A DNA stretch of 64,000 nt. Source: Octopus vulgaris. Lineage: Eukaryota. Every line of letters begins with the position of its first letter. Within the stretch, counting starts at the first letter, position 1. The DNA is taken from assembly GCA_951406725.2 (NCBI GenBank), contig OX597815.1, forward strand, positions 186,806,001 to 186,870,000. Reading direction: 5' to 3'. Positions 14,497-28,099 of the stretch are shown here, one piece after another. The position numbers and the translations under genes were made by a program. The notes beneath the pieces are model-generated. The model saw nothing but the letters and a program-made list of their open reading frames with translations. It searched no databases and was not told where the DNA came from.

Positions 14497-14661
14497 GACG
14501 GGCTTCTTTCAGTTTCCGTCTACCAAATCCATTCACAAGGCTTTGGTCGGCCCAAGACTATAGTAGAAGACAACTGCCCAAGATGCCACACAGTGGAACT
14601 GAACCCGGAGCCATGTGGTTGGTAAGCAAGCTACTTACCACACACCCAATCCTGCGCCTAT
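14250..14661 (-). mobile_element. SINE-A, full length
   Basis: Colinear; tail-to-tail with the preceding copy. Confidence 0.93.
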
Positions 14662-14714
14662 TTAAATACAATTTTATTGCATTTTGTCTTTATTTAAATA
14701 CAACAACAGACAAT

Positions 14715-15095
14715 ATTGATTTCAAATTTTGGCATAATGGCAGTAATATGGGGCAGAGGGAGGAAAGTCTATTGCATCGACCCAAATAGTCAACTGGTAC
14801 TTATTATATCGACCCTGAAAGGATGAAAGGCAAAGTTGACCTCGGTAGAATTTGAACTCAGAACGTAAAGATAGACGAAATACCTATTTCTTTACTGCCC
14901 ACAAGGGGCTAAACAGAGAGGGAACAAACAAGGACAGACAAAGGGATTAAGTCGATTACATCGACCCCAGTGCGTAACTGGTACTTATTTAATCGACCCC
15001 GAAATGATGAAAGGCAAAGTCGACCTCGGCGGAATTTGAACTCAGAACGTTAAGACAGACGAAATGCCGTTAAGTATTCTGCCCGGCGTGCAGAA
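14715..15095 (-). mobile_element. SINE-B composite (B1 unit followed by B2 unit)
   Basis: Two cores; the + strand junction reads GACGAAATACCTATTTCTTT at about 14874-14893. Confidence 0.85.
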
Positions 15096-18055
15096 CAGCA
15101 TAGAGTAATGAAAGCAGAAACAACTAATATGCAGAGTATTTTAAAGGTCAACTGTCGTGAATCGTTATCAATATATTGAAGTTTTACCTGGGTGGTATGT
15201 TTGATACGCTGTAAATGATTATCAAACAAACACAAGCCTATTATTTAAATGAATATTTAACCTAAAATTAAACATGTCAACTATTGAATAGAGATATCAT
15301 TGATTAATAACGGATATAATAATAGCTCAATACATATGGGGGAATAAAGAAAGCTGAATCTAGATGCAAGAGTTATTTTTCCTCGAAAGCTTCAGAAATG
15401 CTATTTTAGTTATTTTAGTTGTTCTTCTATAATGTTCTTGAATATTTTGAAAGCAAAAAGAAAATATGTAAGCCTTGTCAGTAAATTAATGTAAACGAGA
15501 CATTCAAATTATTAGGGAACATTTTATAGCCTTCAGGTGTTGGTGATAATGATAACAAGCATTTTGTTTTGTCAGTTTAAACAGCATTGTTGTAAATTGA
15601 TCATATAATGCCATATTCTATCGCTCCGGAATTCACGCAGTTTCAAAATATTTTTAAAATGTTACTACATTGACAAATTAACGATAATTCATAATTAAAA
15701 TGAAAAACATAGAAATATATTGATGCGAGAAATCATGAAAAGAATCCTAAATACAAACCACTATCATAATGGTTAAAATACTGAATTTTGTGGCAGAAGC
15801 TTAAAGTAAAGCGAATGCTAGTCTTTAGTTTCGTTGGATTACCGTCAACTATGATAATACTTTTTGGCTGCATGAATGTCACAACAACTAGGACCAAATA
15901 AATTATTCAAATAAAATCATTAAGAACTATTTATCTGATTTTCTAAGATAAATAGCTCAGCTCTGAATATCAAAGACGTTTGTTATCGACGAAATTAAAT
16001 AAGGTCGAAACACTGTTTCTGACGATTTTCTCGGTAAAATTCTGAGTGATTGCTGCATTTCTTCACATATGAGTCTTTTCGACAAGTTTCTCTGAGACAA
16101 AATCCCACACCTAATGCCATTCCACGTTTGTATAAACATTATAAACGGTCCGCACATCACTCTTTTAATCTAATGCTGTTTTAAGCGCGTTTATCAACAT
16201 AATTCAAGTCTGACCAGCTTCGCACAAATCAGTGCATTTATTAAGTTCTAGAAATTGTTATATTTGATTTCTATAAATTGTTTCCAATAGCCGTAAATAT
16301 TTTGGGAAAACAAATTTGTATCTGGAATATTCACTGATTTAGATGTTCGCAAATCTAGCCTAACTAGTTCATTGTTGACATCACTGCATAAGCAAAGTGA
16401 ATATAAATGCACATTTCACAACTTATTTCCTAACGCATCTATTTACCATATCGGCATATCATTCGACATTAAGTGCGTTAGCGACGATTGATATTCTGGA
16501 TGCTTCCGCGCCAGTAAGTTCTTTTGGCCAGAGAATCAAATTTATCGTTTGCATGAAGCGGCGGTCTGAATCAATTTCAGAGAAACAAATAAACCGCCTA
16601 CTAAACAGTCATTTCACATGAGTTAACAACTATTGATTTTCATAAAAGAAAGGTGACTAACGCATTTATAAACAGACATTCTACTTTAATGGTTGTCAGA
16701 TGAAATATGCGGAATCCTTTGCTGACAGCCCATTTCACTAAGGATTAAAATTCTGTTGACATTTCTTAATAAGTTAGCGGCATACATGTAATCCTTCTAC
16801 TTATGTTTTAAGAATTATACAATCCGTATGCTTAATTCTTTTGTACGTTAACCTAAATTTTATCGAAGACGAAAATGCATTTTGTACATTAGAACGAATT
16901 AAAACAATATTATTCCCATTCAGACTTCTATTTTTCTTTGCTTCAATAATCCTTTTTTAACACGTTCGTGTCAATAGAGTCATATGGAGAATATAATTTT
17001 AATCAAAAGCTAAATTATATCGGTTATTTTTTGCTACATTTTATGTAGAGAAAATGGAAATGTATTGAACAATATATTCTATTTTCAACTGTTTGATGGC
17101 AACATTAAATATCAGAGGAAGCTACTGTAACATATGACTGGAAGATGAAGCTAACAACAGCATCACAGTTACAATATCATGAATGAAAAATAACTAAGTG
17201 GCTGTCTGGTATGATAAAGTAATTAAAATAATGTAATTAATTGCCTAACATCAAAGCAGAATTAGTCGAAATTCTTCAAAGAAATCAAATCTCTCATAGA
17301 TATTCTAAACATTATTATTTTCATTGAATGTAATTTTATATAAAAAAATATTTTTAAACATATTCAGAAATATACAACCACAACAATTAAATCGAATAAA
17401 ACAACAGCTATGACAAATGTATCCCCACTAATAGAAAATATAATAAATTATCCTTTATAATAAAATATGATTTCTTTATTTTTATGTATTTATCAAAACA
17501 GAACAGAGAAAATAAATTCGTTGCGAAAAATTAGATTTTTACAAGGAAACATCAAAAATAAAAATATTATTGATTTTAAATAATAACGGAGGCTTAACTA
17601 TTTCCAACAATTTATCTTAATTTTATTATTGTGTTCGTCGCCATCACCAGTTAAGGCGACCTTTATTGTGGTATTTTTATCATGTCTGTAACGTTATATT
17701 TTTCTCACCTACATCTTCAAATTTATCAACCACACCTCTCTTACATTATCTCACTTAGTATCATCTTTAATATCTTAATTTCGGCAAATATTTGTCTCCA
17801 AAAACGTGTTTTAATATATATTCAAATAATCGTATTCATATTTCATGAAATATTCAAGATTGTATTAGACAGCCGACAGTCAATATTGCTGTTTCTTTTT
17901 CTCTTCATCAATCTCAATCAAAAGTCCTGCTCCTCCAGCTTCGACAACACATTTCTCTTCTTTCGTTTCCATATTTCACTTGTCTATATTTCTCACGGGA
18001 TATTATAAAGTCCACTCGTTTGACTCTATATAAATACATATGTATAAAATAACTG

Positions 18056-18285
18056 TGGAGGCGCTTGGCTTAGTGGTTAGGGTGTCAGCATCATGATCGT
18101 AAGATTGTGGTTTCTATTCCTGGACTGGGCGACGCGTTGTGTTCTTGAGCAAAACACTTCATTTCACGTTGCTCCAGTTCACTCAGCTGGCAAAAATGAG
18201 TAACGCTGCGATGGACTTGCGTCCCGTCCAGCCGGGGAACACATACGCCATTGAAACCGGGAAACCTGGCTAGGCTTTAAAAGGG

Positions 18286-18287
<2 letters not shown>
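18056..18287 (+). mobile_element. SINE, D head + tail 1, followed by (GA)n
   Basis: Colinear with 81-330. Confidence 0.88.
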
Positions 18288-18324
<37 letters not shown>

Positions 18325-19162
18325 TATAAAATAACTACTAACCACAGTCACGTCGATTAGATAACTCATTTATGATACCTGTTGTCACTGCCGTTGTTTA
18401 GCTCTTAGCTGCTCAGCTTGAATTGACTGCGGTTCACCGGTTTTCGATACACATAGATTTCTTATTCCAGATACGTCATTCGGTCTCCAAGCTGAATAGC
18501 GTGCTACAGCTTCGAGCAGAAACTGATGAATTATATGCAGTAGAGTGTGTAGACGGTACAAGTTCTCTTTACATTTTCTAATCTGCTTGTGTAACCTGCT
18601 GCTGATGTTGCTGCTGTTGTTGCTGATGCTGCTGCTGCTACTTAGCCCCATGTCAGCTCCGATAAAGCAAGCTTTCGATCAAAGCCACTCCAACCGTAAC
18701 CATCTCATTTTATATTCAAATTCAGTGTAGCCCAAAGCAAACTATACAGTGTATGCTTTTTTCAGACAGTAGAGTATGATATTAATATTTAGTTACACCT
18801 TATAGTAGATAGAAGTTCTCTTTCCTGTATCCATAGAGGATACGGGCAATATGGAAGTAGTTGGAGCGTGAGAGAAGATGTTTCTATGCAACTATCTATT
18901 GGAGCTATGTATTTCAGTATAACGCTCGGAGTTAATAAGATCTTTGATGCTTACAACTATTTCTGTGCATGGGAAATTTTTATTATTATTATTATCCGGC
19001 CTAACTGAAAAAATGATACATTCAAAATACTGTTGTGATAGTATTCAGAGGAGTTGCATATATGTCTGGATGCCTGGGGTTTATTTTTTCATAGTGGAGA
19101 TAATTGAGGCTAGCTCCAGTAATAAACTGGGGTTTTTTGTATATTGGTTCATAAAAACCAAC

Positions 19163-19497
19163 CATCATCATCATAGTTTAACGTCTGCTTTCCATGCTAG
19201 CATGGGTTGGAACGATTTGACTGAGGTCTGGCGAACCAGGTGGCTGCACCAGACTCCAATCTGATCTGGCAGAGTTTCTACAGCTGGATGCCCTTCCTAA
19301 CGTCAACCATTCCGAGAGTGTAGTGGGTACTTTTACGTGCCATCGGCACGAGGGCCAGTCAGGCGGTACTAGCAATGGCCACGCTCAAATGGTGCTTTTT
19401 ATGTGCCACCTGTACAGGAGCCAGTCCAGCGGCACTGGCAACGACCTCGCTCGAATGATTTTTCACGTGCCACCAGCACAAGTGCCAAGGCGACACA
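19163..19497 (-). mobile_element. Retroposon 3' part ending in (GAT)n, RTE-type tail
   Basis: GC-rich block ending ..GCATGGAAAGCAGACGTTAAAC-(GAT)n on the minus strand; single copy here, family recognised from recall only. Confidence 0.6.
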
Positions 19498-20751
19498 GGT
19501 AAGTAAAGCGCCGCAAGGTAGACATTTCCTAACTTAAGGATTTCCAATTCTGAAGAAAGCTGCGACATCCATTAACCAGAGATCTTTAGTATTTTCCTGT
19601 TGCTTCCACTAGCAAAGATTCCAACTGGAAATGGCCAACATTTCCTGACACTTAAAACTCACTACTTGTAAAATCAGACAGCCTCGAGGATTCATTACCT
19701 AGAACGGCAATAACTTTAAACGAAATTGTGTCTCTCTACATCACTAATACAAGATGAGGGACTCCACAATCTGCAACAAACCAGATTACGTGACCAGCCT
19801 TAACCAATGAGATCTCTCCTTGCAAGCGCTTCTACAGACGTAACATTTCCTTATAGCCTTTGCATTTATCTCTATCATCTGGACGAGCATAAACATGGAC
19901 TTTGTGTGCATGCAGATGTGGAACTGGAATTGTCTTTGCATAAATATATCTTTTTTTAATTTATGCATACACATGCGTATGTCTGGCAACTGCGACTTAA
20001 TGGACAAATAGGAGACTGCCAGTCCGCTAATGTCGAAAGTCCATTAAATCAAAAGCGAACTTATAAGACATTTTTGTTGTTTTTGATGTGAAAAACTATA
20101 AAAATAATAACTTTAGAACATTATTTAAAAAAATATATTGCAGATCGTAATTACAATTTAGACAAATAATTCAAAAATATTATATCGCAACTTTACTTGT
20201 GATACAGTATTTCTTCTTTAATATCTGAAGTTTGATGTGAAAGGAAATCTTCAACTTCAAACATTTCTAAAATATTCACAAGTGGGAGCACAGGTAAAAT
20301 AATTATGCGTAAACTTGCATAATGGATATAGTATTCTATCAACTAAAGCTACCTGCAGTTTTTATACAAGCACGAGTGTATATAAGGATACTCTCACTAA
20401 TCCCCTTTTCTCCTCCCCTTCACCGTTTTCTATCTGTCTCTCTGTCTCTCTGTGTCTCTCCCTCTTTCTCCGTTTCTCTGCCTCTCTCTCTCTCTCTCTC
20501 GTTGCTCACACGTAACCATCGTCCATCTTTCTCTTCCTCACGTGATCATCTTTCTTTTCTTTCAAGACTGTCTTAAGGACAGCACGTATCCTATCTCTCT
20601 CCTCTATCTTTTCTCTTACCGAAGAAGAAAATACTTCTCCAGCGTTCGCTATTTTATCCTCGTTCTAGTCTAACGACCCTCCATGTTTGTTTTCGTTCGG
20701 TTTCCTTTATGTCTGTCCTGTTTTTGTTCCCAACGTTGACCCTGCTGTGCA

Positions 20752-21368
20752 CTACAAAAGACAGAAGTAGTAGAGAACCAATCCGATGATAAATCTGACC
20801 TCAGTTCTTGAAAGTTTGCACATGAATCCTAGCTCGGTTAAATCTCTTGTGGCTCCAAATGATGTCATCTGTAGTGCAGCGTTGTACTGTCTAATTTTGT
20901 TTTGTAAGTGCTTGGAATCTCGGTCAGTTGATGACAACAGTTTCTTCAATGGCTTTGGAGGTTGTGGCATTGCAAGGAGTTTAACATTTCCACCACAGCA
21001 ACACAACCCAGGTGTCTCTCCAGGCCACTTCCTTGCTTTACAATATTGAACTCAGTTGTCATTGCACCTATGGAAACTCTAGTGTCATCTGCATAATGAA
21101 CTGCTGGATCATAATTGAAAGCTGCTTCATAGAAGTTGCTTCTCTGAGCTGTTGCAACTGCTCTTCGTTATGCAATGGAGATCTTATTCCATGTCAGCCG
21201 TGCATACCTCTGTTCATCACTTTGAGATGCTCTGACTTTTGTAGTGCACAGTCTGTTCGTTTCTTGGCATGCTTCCCTTTCTTCATATGTTTCTCTTCTC
21301 CTGGATAGAGATATTGTTTTGGCTGACCTTGACATTGTAGACAAATTTGACACTTTCCTTCTAGGCAT
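20752..21368 (-). pseudogene. Frameshifted N-terminal part of a Helitron Rep/helicase ORF
   Basis: MPRRKVSNL..., then AAFNYDPAVHY..VSIGAM..QYCKARKWPGETPGLCCCGGNVKL..PQPPKPLKKLL..IRQYNAALQMTSFGA: the Cys-rich and IR.YN..MTSFG signature of animal Helitron RepHel proteins. Confidence 0.85.
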
Positions 21369-22463
21369 GGTTATATACATATACAGAAATATACGGGTGT
21401 AGAAGATAGTAAACAATGAAAATAACTGATTAATGAAAATTACATTTCTTAATACGACAGGCAGAAAGTAGATAATAATTTTTTACGGAAAATAAAGAAT
21501 TGTAAGGGTTGAAGCGAAATTTGTCAGTAGACCAAAGAGCCAGCATCGAAAGAACCAAAATGAAGCTGTTAACAACAGAAAATACAAAACCGTTGCAAAA
21601 GTATATAAGAAATTTTTAGAAAAGTTAAGTGTACGGATTTAAGTGAAATTTTTAAAGTTACTTCTGTCAGTAATTCCGTCAACAACAAAAAACACAAAAC
21701 CTTGCGATAGTAAATAAGACGTTTGCAGGCAAATTTAACGAAGTGTACGGATTGAAGTGAAATTTACGAAGTTAATTCTGTCAGTAAATTATATGAGAAA
21801 TTACTTTCATCTGTAATTATGAGGTTCTTTCTTGCCAGTAATATGTCGTCGTTGTTGTTTGCAAATAACGATTGAAAACTTACAGTGAAAACAATAGCGT
21901 CTGAAAAATGAATGTGAAAACAATAGAGAGTTAGTGAGATATAGAGAGACCTAGCTAGTTAGACAAATAATATAGATATAGATAGGTGGATAAGATATAG
22001 ACAGATAGATATAGAGATAAAGGTAGATAGATATAAAGATGGAGATAGATAGAAAGAAAGATATAGAAAGATAGAAATAGTGATGGATAGAGAGATATAA
22101 ATATAGAGATATAGGCGACACTGACGCTAGAAAACCGGAAATAAATATCTTTAAAAACTTTCAAAGATGTAAATCTAATATAAAAAGCAATATATTTTTT
22201 ATGACAAATGGATGTAAGAGAGACAATTGCTGAAAGTTACTTTGCAACGAGTTACCTCCCTTTTCCATGTAATCCAGGTAGGGGTGTTTTCTGCCCACAG
22301 GGGACCCGTTACTCATTATGTGAAGCATTTTAAGAGTCTAAAAGCACCCCTGGAACATAAGTAATGTATGTTCTCTGTTTGGAGAAAATCAGTTGAAAAA
22401 TGCGGCCGATATAATCTTTTACACACACACACAAAACGGGATTTATATTATATGCATATATGA
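21369..22463 (-). mobile_element. Probable 5' non-coding part of the same Helitron
   Basis: Minus strand begins TCATATATGCATATAATATAAA..(TG)n..CGGCCGCATTTTTCAACTGATTTT, similar in layout to the 5' end at 27083; contains a ~105-bp diverged tandem duplication (21571-21787). Confidence 0.5.
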
Positions 22464-22574
22464 AATTAAAATATACATGCATACATACATTTATGCATAC
22501 ATACATACATACATGTGTGCACATTCAGTTCGCTTTAATCATCGCAGCTATGCTATGCTGTCTCCATCTTCGTT

Positions 22575-22578
<4 letters not shown>

Positions 22579-22642
<64 letters not shown>

Positions 22643-22672
22643 TGCGTGCATGTATGTGTGTGCGTGTGTGTG
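22579..22672. repeat. (GT)n microsatellite
   Basis: Directly visible. Confidence 0.97.
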
Positions 22673-23744
22673 TTCTGAAAAGCTGCTAATTCGAATGAGA
22701 TAACTGAACGGTTTCATAGATCTCCATGTTAATCCATGTATATCGAACTTCCAAACAGGTATTAAACGTAAATTATCCTCAGATTTTCGTTTGCAAGTTA
22801 TGATGTCTACTAGACATTTTTGTATGTGTGTGTGTATGCTCAGTTTGTTTTAGCCATCGCAGCTAAGCCATATTCTGTCTCCATCTTCCCCTATATGTGT
22901 GTATGCGTAGGAGGCGTTTTTAATCGACGATGAGAATCGGCGACTCTTTATTCTCAATTTTAGCCATTCAATTTCACGAACACTACTTATGTCCTTTGAA
23001 CATCTTACAATCTCAATTCTATTCATCTAGCCGTCTGGAGCACTGAAGCAGAATGGTAAAGTGAATACATTATCAGACCAACAGTTGGAGTGCTAGTTCT
23101 AACTTAGTAAAAGTGGTTAATTGGATTTCCATTCATTTAGCTTATTTAAGTGGAATATCGGTAAAATTCTCTTCCGGTGAATTCTCCGTTTCATGCTAAC
23201 GTTTTATCTGATACGAAGTATGTTTCTTTCATCTGTTTAACGTTACATAAAGTGTAGTGCACAAAACAAGAATTTTGAGCTTGGTGTTATATATGTGTAT
23301 GTGTACTGTGTTTTAACTTAATAGTTTGCATTTATTTTGTCAAGTTAAACCGTTGTATGTCAAATGCGAACAGAATTAATAAAATTTGTGTTATTTTTAT
23401 AAATCTTCATTGAAGTGATTACTAAATCTTTTTATACGTGGATGTGATTTATTGCCATAACACCATGTGATATAATTCGATCTAGGCAATGATAACTACC
23501 TTAACTAGTATTTAATTTCCAATATAATGCATTTCCCCGTTTTGCCTGTCTCTCTCTCTTTCCTACATGCTCAACAGGTAAGCATAGAAGAGGTGTTAAG
23601 ATTTACATAGAAATAGGAACTCATTGCCATTCGACCGAGAGAAAACGCATTATTCTCTCTGCTATAGTGGCTTCTCATTTCTTAGTTGATTCAGCTCTTC
23701 AAAATAAACCTTCATGATAATTAATTATTAAGGTATTTAAAAAA

Positions 23745-23871
23745 AGTAGCTTGCTTATGAACCACATGGTCCCGGGTTCAGTCCCACTAAAGTGTCTTCT
23801 ACTATAGCATTGGGCCGACCAAAGCCTTGTGAGTGGATTTGGTAGACGGAAACTGAAAGAAGCCCATCGTG

Positions 23872-23918
<47 letters not shown>

Positions 23919-24155
23919 CTGTCTGTCTGTCTGTCTGTCTGTCTTGTCTGCCTTTCCCCCCAACATCGCTTGACAACCGATGCTGGTGTGTTTACGTCCA
24001 CGTAACTTAGCGGTTCGGCAAAAAGAGACCGATAGAATAAGTACTAGGCTTACAAAGAATAAGTCCTGGGGGTCGATTTGCTCGACTAAAGACGGTGCTC
24101 CAGCATGGCCACAGTCAAAATGACTGAAACAAGTAAAAGAGTAAAAGAGTAAAAG
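23745..24155 (+). mobile_element. SINE-A, slightly 5'-truncated with a small internal deletion
   Basis: Colinear; internal tract (TA)n(TG)n(TCTG)n. Confidence 0.92.
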
Positions 24156-24469
24156 TATATTCGGAGATGATCATGTTTTTCCAATAAACACACGCATTAT
24201 TTTTTTGATCTTCACTCTAGCTTTATTATTAGTTTATTTATTTGTCAGAGCTCTTTCGTCTCACATTCTGTGACCTCTTCAATGACTTTCTGTTTCTCGA
24301 GTCTTCTTTCCTCTCTGGTCTTGTCCATTCTGTCTGTACTAGGTATCCGTATCTGCGCGTGCATTTGCGTCTGTATCGTTGTGTGAGTGTTTATGAGGTT
24401 AGTGTGAGTAATGTGTGTCATTTGAAACATGTTTTTTAGTAATATATATATAAACACTATTTTTCTGAA

Positions 24470-24854
24470 TCTCTCTATATATAAAGCTGAAGTTGTCTGT
24501 GTGTGGCAGGTTTGGTAGCCTTCAACTAACACTCCGAGACCCTGCGGTGCAAGTTCACAAAAGTTGAGAGTATGATAGAAGGCTTGCTCTTCATTCCGTA
24601 GAAGAAACAATTCAAATCGGACCATGTTAACACCAAAATTTATTTACATCAAAAAGGTGCTTTTTTTTTCTATGAAAATCCCTATTTTTTACGATTTTTT
24701 GACTGCTGTGTCGCCTTTTTTCGGTGTATTTCAACTAGAGAAATGTTCACTTAAAGAGAATAACAAGCTACATAATGCAAAATTTTTACTTTCCAAAAAA
24801 TTCCAATTCTAAAGGATCGAAATAAACCCGAGCAACGCCGGGCGATACTGCTAG
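24470..24854 (+). mobile_element. Non-autonomous Helitron, copy 3
   Basis: TC...CCCGAGCAACGCCGGG..CTAG, A|T site. Confidence 0.9.
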
Positions 24855-25469
24855 TTACTTTATAAACTGAAGTTATTTATGACTTGTTAACCTACAATAA
24901 ATTAGAAAAAATCGATCCTTTGTTTATTTCTGCTCACAATCCTGCTTTGAGAAAAGTTAGCGAGCAAATTGTGGTAAAACAGGTTATGAAACCAGGAAAG
25001 AATTTCCGTACTGAATTAAAATCCTGATCTAGATATAAAATACAAAGAATTCTGAATTCAATGCTACAGATCTGCAACAGGGTTTAGAATTTAATCGCTT
25101 CCATTATAAATTGTCAGGATAATACCATTAATTTCTAGATTACCAATTATCAGAGTATTACTAACCTGGCATGCTTCCCAATAAGATAATTTAGTTTGGA
25201 ACCGTTATTCTACTACTTCGATTACCATATGAGCTAAATCTAGTGTAATAAAGTAAAGCAATTAAGTATGGTTTATAGAAAAGACTGCAAAGTAACGGAA
25301 GCGTTATCGAATGTAAAACATCATATAAATACAAGTCTAACGGACTCTTTTCAAATATATTGCATTCGATAACATTCATGCCTCAATATTCAGAAAACAA
25401 ATCTGTTTCCCTCCGTATTTTCCTATGACCACGTTTCAATAGGCATAAAATTTTAACACTGTCATATAT

Positions 25470-25883
25470 TTTTCTTTATTACCCACAAGGGACTAAACAT
25501 AGAGGGGACAAACAAGGACAGACAAACGGATTAAGTCGATTGCATAACTAGTGCATAACTAGTACTTAATTTATCGCCCCCGAAAGGATGAAAAGCAAAG
25601 TCGACCTCGGCGGAATTTGAACTCAGAACGTAGCGGCTGACGAAATACCTATTTCTTTACTACCCATAAGGGGCTAAACACAGAGAGGACAAACAAGGAG
25701 ATACAAACGGATTAAGTCGATTATATCAACCCCAGTGCGTAACAGGTACTTATTTAATCGACCCCAAAAGAATGAAAAGCAAAGTCGGCTTCGGCGGAAT
25801 TTGAACTCAGAACCTAACGGCAGACGAAATACCGCTAAGCATTTCGCCCAGCGTGCTAACGTTTCTGCCAGCTCGCCGCCTTA
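25470..25883 (-). mobile_element. SINE-B dimer (head + two units), ~22-bp TSD
   Basis: AAAATTTTAAC(A/T)CTGTCATATA on both flanks; two ~180-bp units. Confidence 0.92.
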
Positions 25884-27082
25884 AAATTTTAACTCTGTCA
25901 TATAGTCTGAGAATAGTTTAGCGTATGTGGTATAGGGTATGTAAGCAGAGTCCTTGACTCAGTTTTTGATGACCAGCTGTAGCTAATTCAAGTCGATTTA
26001 TTCGCTAATATCTTCCGACAGGGCTCTTACGCAGCATCCTGTCGTTTACCATAAAATATGTTGGGCTTCAGTTAATATCTCGTCAGTGTATTCTCGTTCT
26101 GACACATCGAGAAATAGCGATGCTTTTAAGAAGCAAATGTAGTTGTCAATTTTCTGTCTATCGAATGCCAGAAAAATACTATTTTTCACCATCATAAGGC
26201 AAATTCGTGTTCTTTTCCTGTATTGAGTTATTAGGTTATCTTGACATGAAATCTATTTCCTTTGAATATGAAAACCACACATTTGCAACAACAGGAGATT
26301 ATTTTCCAGATAATCAATGTTCACTATAATTATTTTGCCAGTAATCAAATCTAAACTGATATATGATTCAAATTTATTTCTCATTAATATAACGGGAAGT
26401 CAGAAAGTTATCTGAAATATAACATGACTAATATTAGTCATGTTATATTTTTTAATTAAAACAACATAACTGCACAAATTAACTGTTTTCATTACCATAT
26501 GTTATATCTGACCTATTGGGGCTACAAACGTCCTTGGAATAAATTTATAAATAGATAGTTCAATAAATTCACTTAGTTTATCTAAATCAGTCTCAATAGC
26601 ATGATTATTTTCTACACCACTATTAATCAATATTATGTTTATTTTTCTGAATTTTATCCTTGTAATGAAATTATCAGTAGTGTATTTTATTTTCTTAACT
26701 TCTTAACTCATATAAGAATTTTTTTCTATATTTAAAATTTCTAACACCCACTTAATTTTATTCAATAGCTTCCAGTTTTACTGTAGTTTATGAAGTAGAT
26801 GTCTATCACCAGTTGCTTTTTCATCTTTTTTTTTTTTTCAGAAACGCATTTCTAAAACACAAAAACTTTTCCATTCATTTATTTTATTTTCCAATTTCAA
26901 ATATGAAAGATTTCAGCTGAATATTAGATTCATTAATTTCTTCGATTACACTCCTCCTACCAATCTAGAAGGACATAAAAATGCCTATAGGCGCTGTTTC
27001 TCTATTGTTGAGCCATTAAAACAAAAAAAGACAGTGTTTTTGTGAGTTAGTCTTCAAGTTACTATTCTTATAAAACAAAAAA

Positions 27083-27470
27083 TCTTCTCTCTATATATAA
27101 ACGGCAGTTTGTCTGTGCGTGTTTCTGTGTGTCTGTTTGCTTGTACCCTCACCCTGACCACGGCTTTCAACCGATTCTGATGAAACTTGACACACACATA
27201 GCCCAATGTCATAATTCAAAACTAACGCAGCGAAAATTTTGAAAAGTTCCCCCAGTTCTGAAAAAAAATCGATAAATTCGACATGGGGTCGAGAATCAGA
27301 AACACAAACCGCAAACTGTCTAGGGGACGCAACTCCACCTTTTTTAACTAAAAAAAAATTTACCATCATTTTTTTTCCATTTTTTTTGCTATTTTTTGGC
27401 TATAACTCTCTAAAAATGCTTTATAGTTATTTCCCTTACAAACCTGAGCAACGCCGGGCGATACTGCTAG
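27083..27470 (+). mobile_element. Non-autonomous Helitron, second family (different interior, same 3' end)
   Basis: TC..TATATATAAA start; ACAAACCTGAGCAACGCCGGGCGATACTGCTAG|T end. Confidence 0.85.
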
Positions 27471-28099
27471 TACTAAATAAACAGAAAATATTCTGTTTCA
27501 ATCATCCTGACTGTTAGAAACGTTATGTCAATTGAATTTAGTAATAACTGATTAATTCTGACACTAACTTTGAAGATATTAGTCACAAAGGATATTTGAA
27601 ATCATGAGAAGTGAGATCAACGATTTTTCGCCCTTTTCAGCTTTCAATCTCAGGTTTATCCATCATTCACGCTAGTAATCATTTTTTTTCTTCTTTTGTG
27701 TGCATGGCTGAGGGTCTAAAACGCTTTGTTTCAAGTTCGATATCTCTGCACGGCACCTTCAACAAGTATTTTATGCCAAAACATCAAGTCGATTAAAATT
27801 CTTGTAAATGAAATTTACTTAGCAGAAACTGGAAGTCCGTCGGATTAAGTGTACCAGTGTTCTTAAACAGTACACTTAATCCGTTGTTAGTTTCAATACC
27901 ATCACCTAGCTCTTGGAGTACATTAGAGGAGTATGCGTCCATGAGCATTTTAAAAGCCTCTAAGACTTGTAGGAGGAAGGGAGATATTATCCTTAGACCA
28001 AAGACCAAGTCCTATGTAGAGACTTTTAAAATGTTCATGGACGCCATATTTTATCGTCTGATAACGTCATTAAAAACATTTAACATTAGAAAGTTAATT

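Noticed and set aside
25470-25883. CRISPR-like or prokaryotic repeat array
   Set aside because: Units are ~180-bp SINE segments with no unique spacers, in a eukaryotic context.
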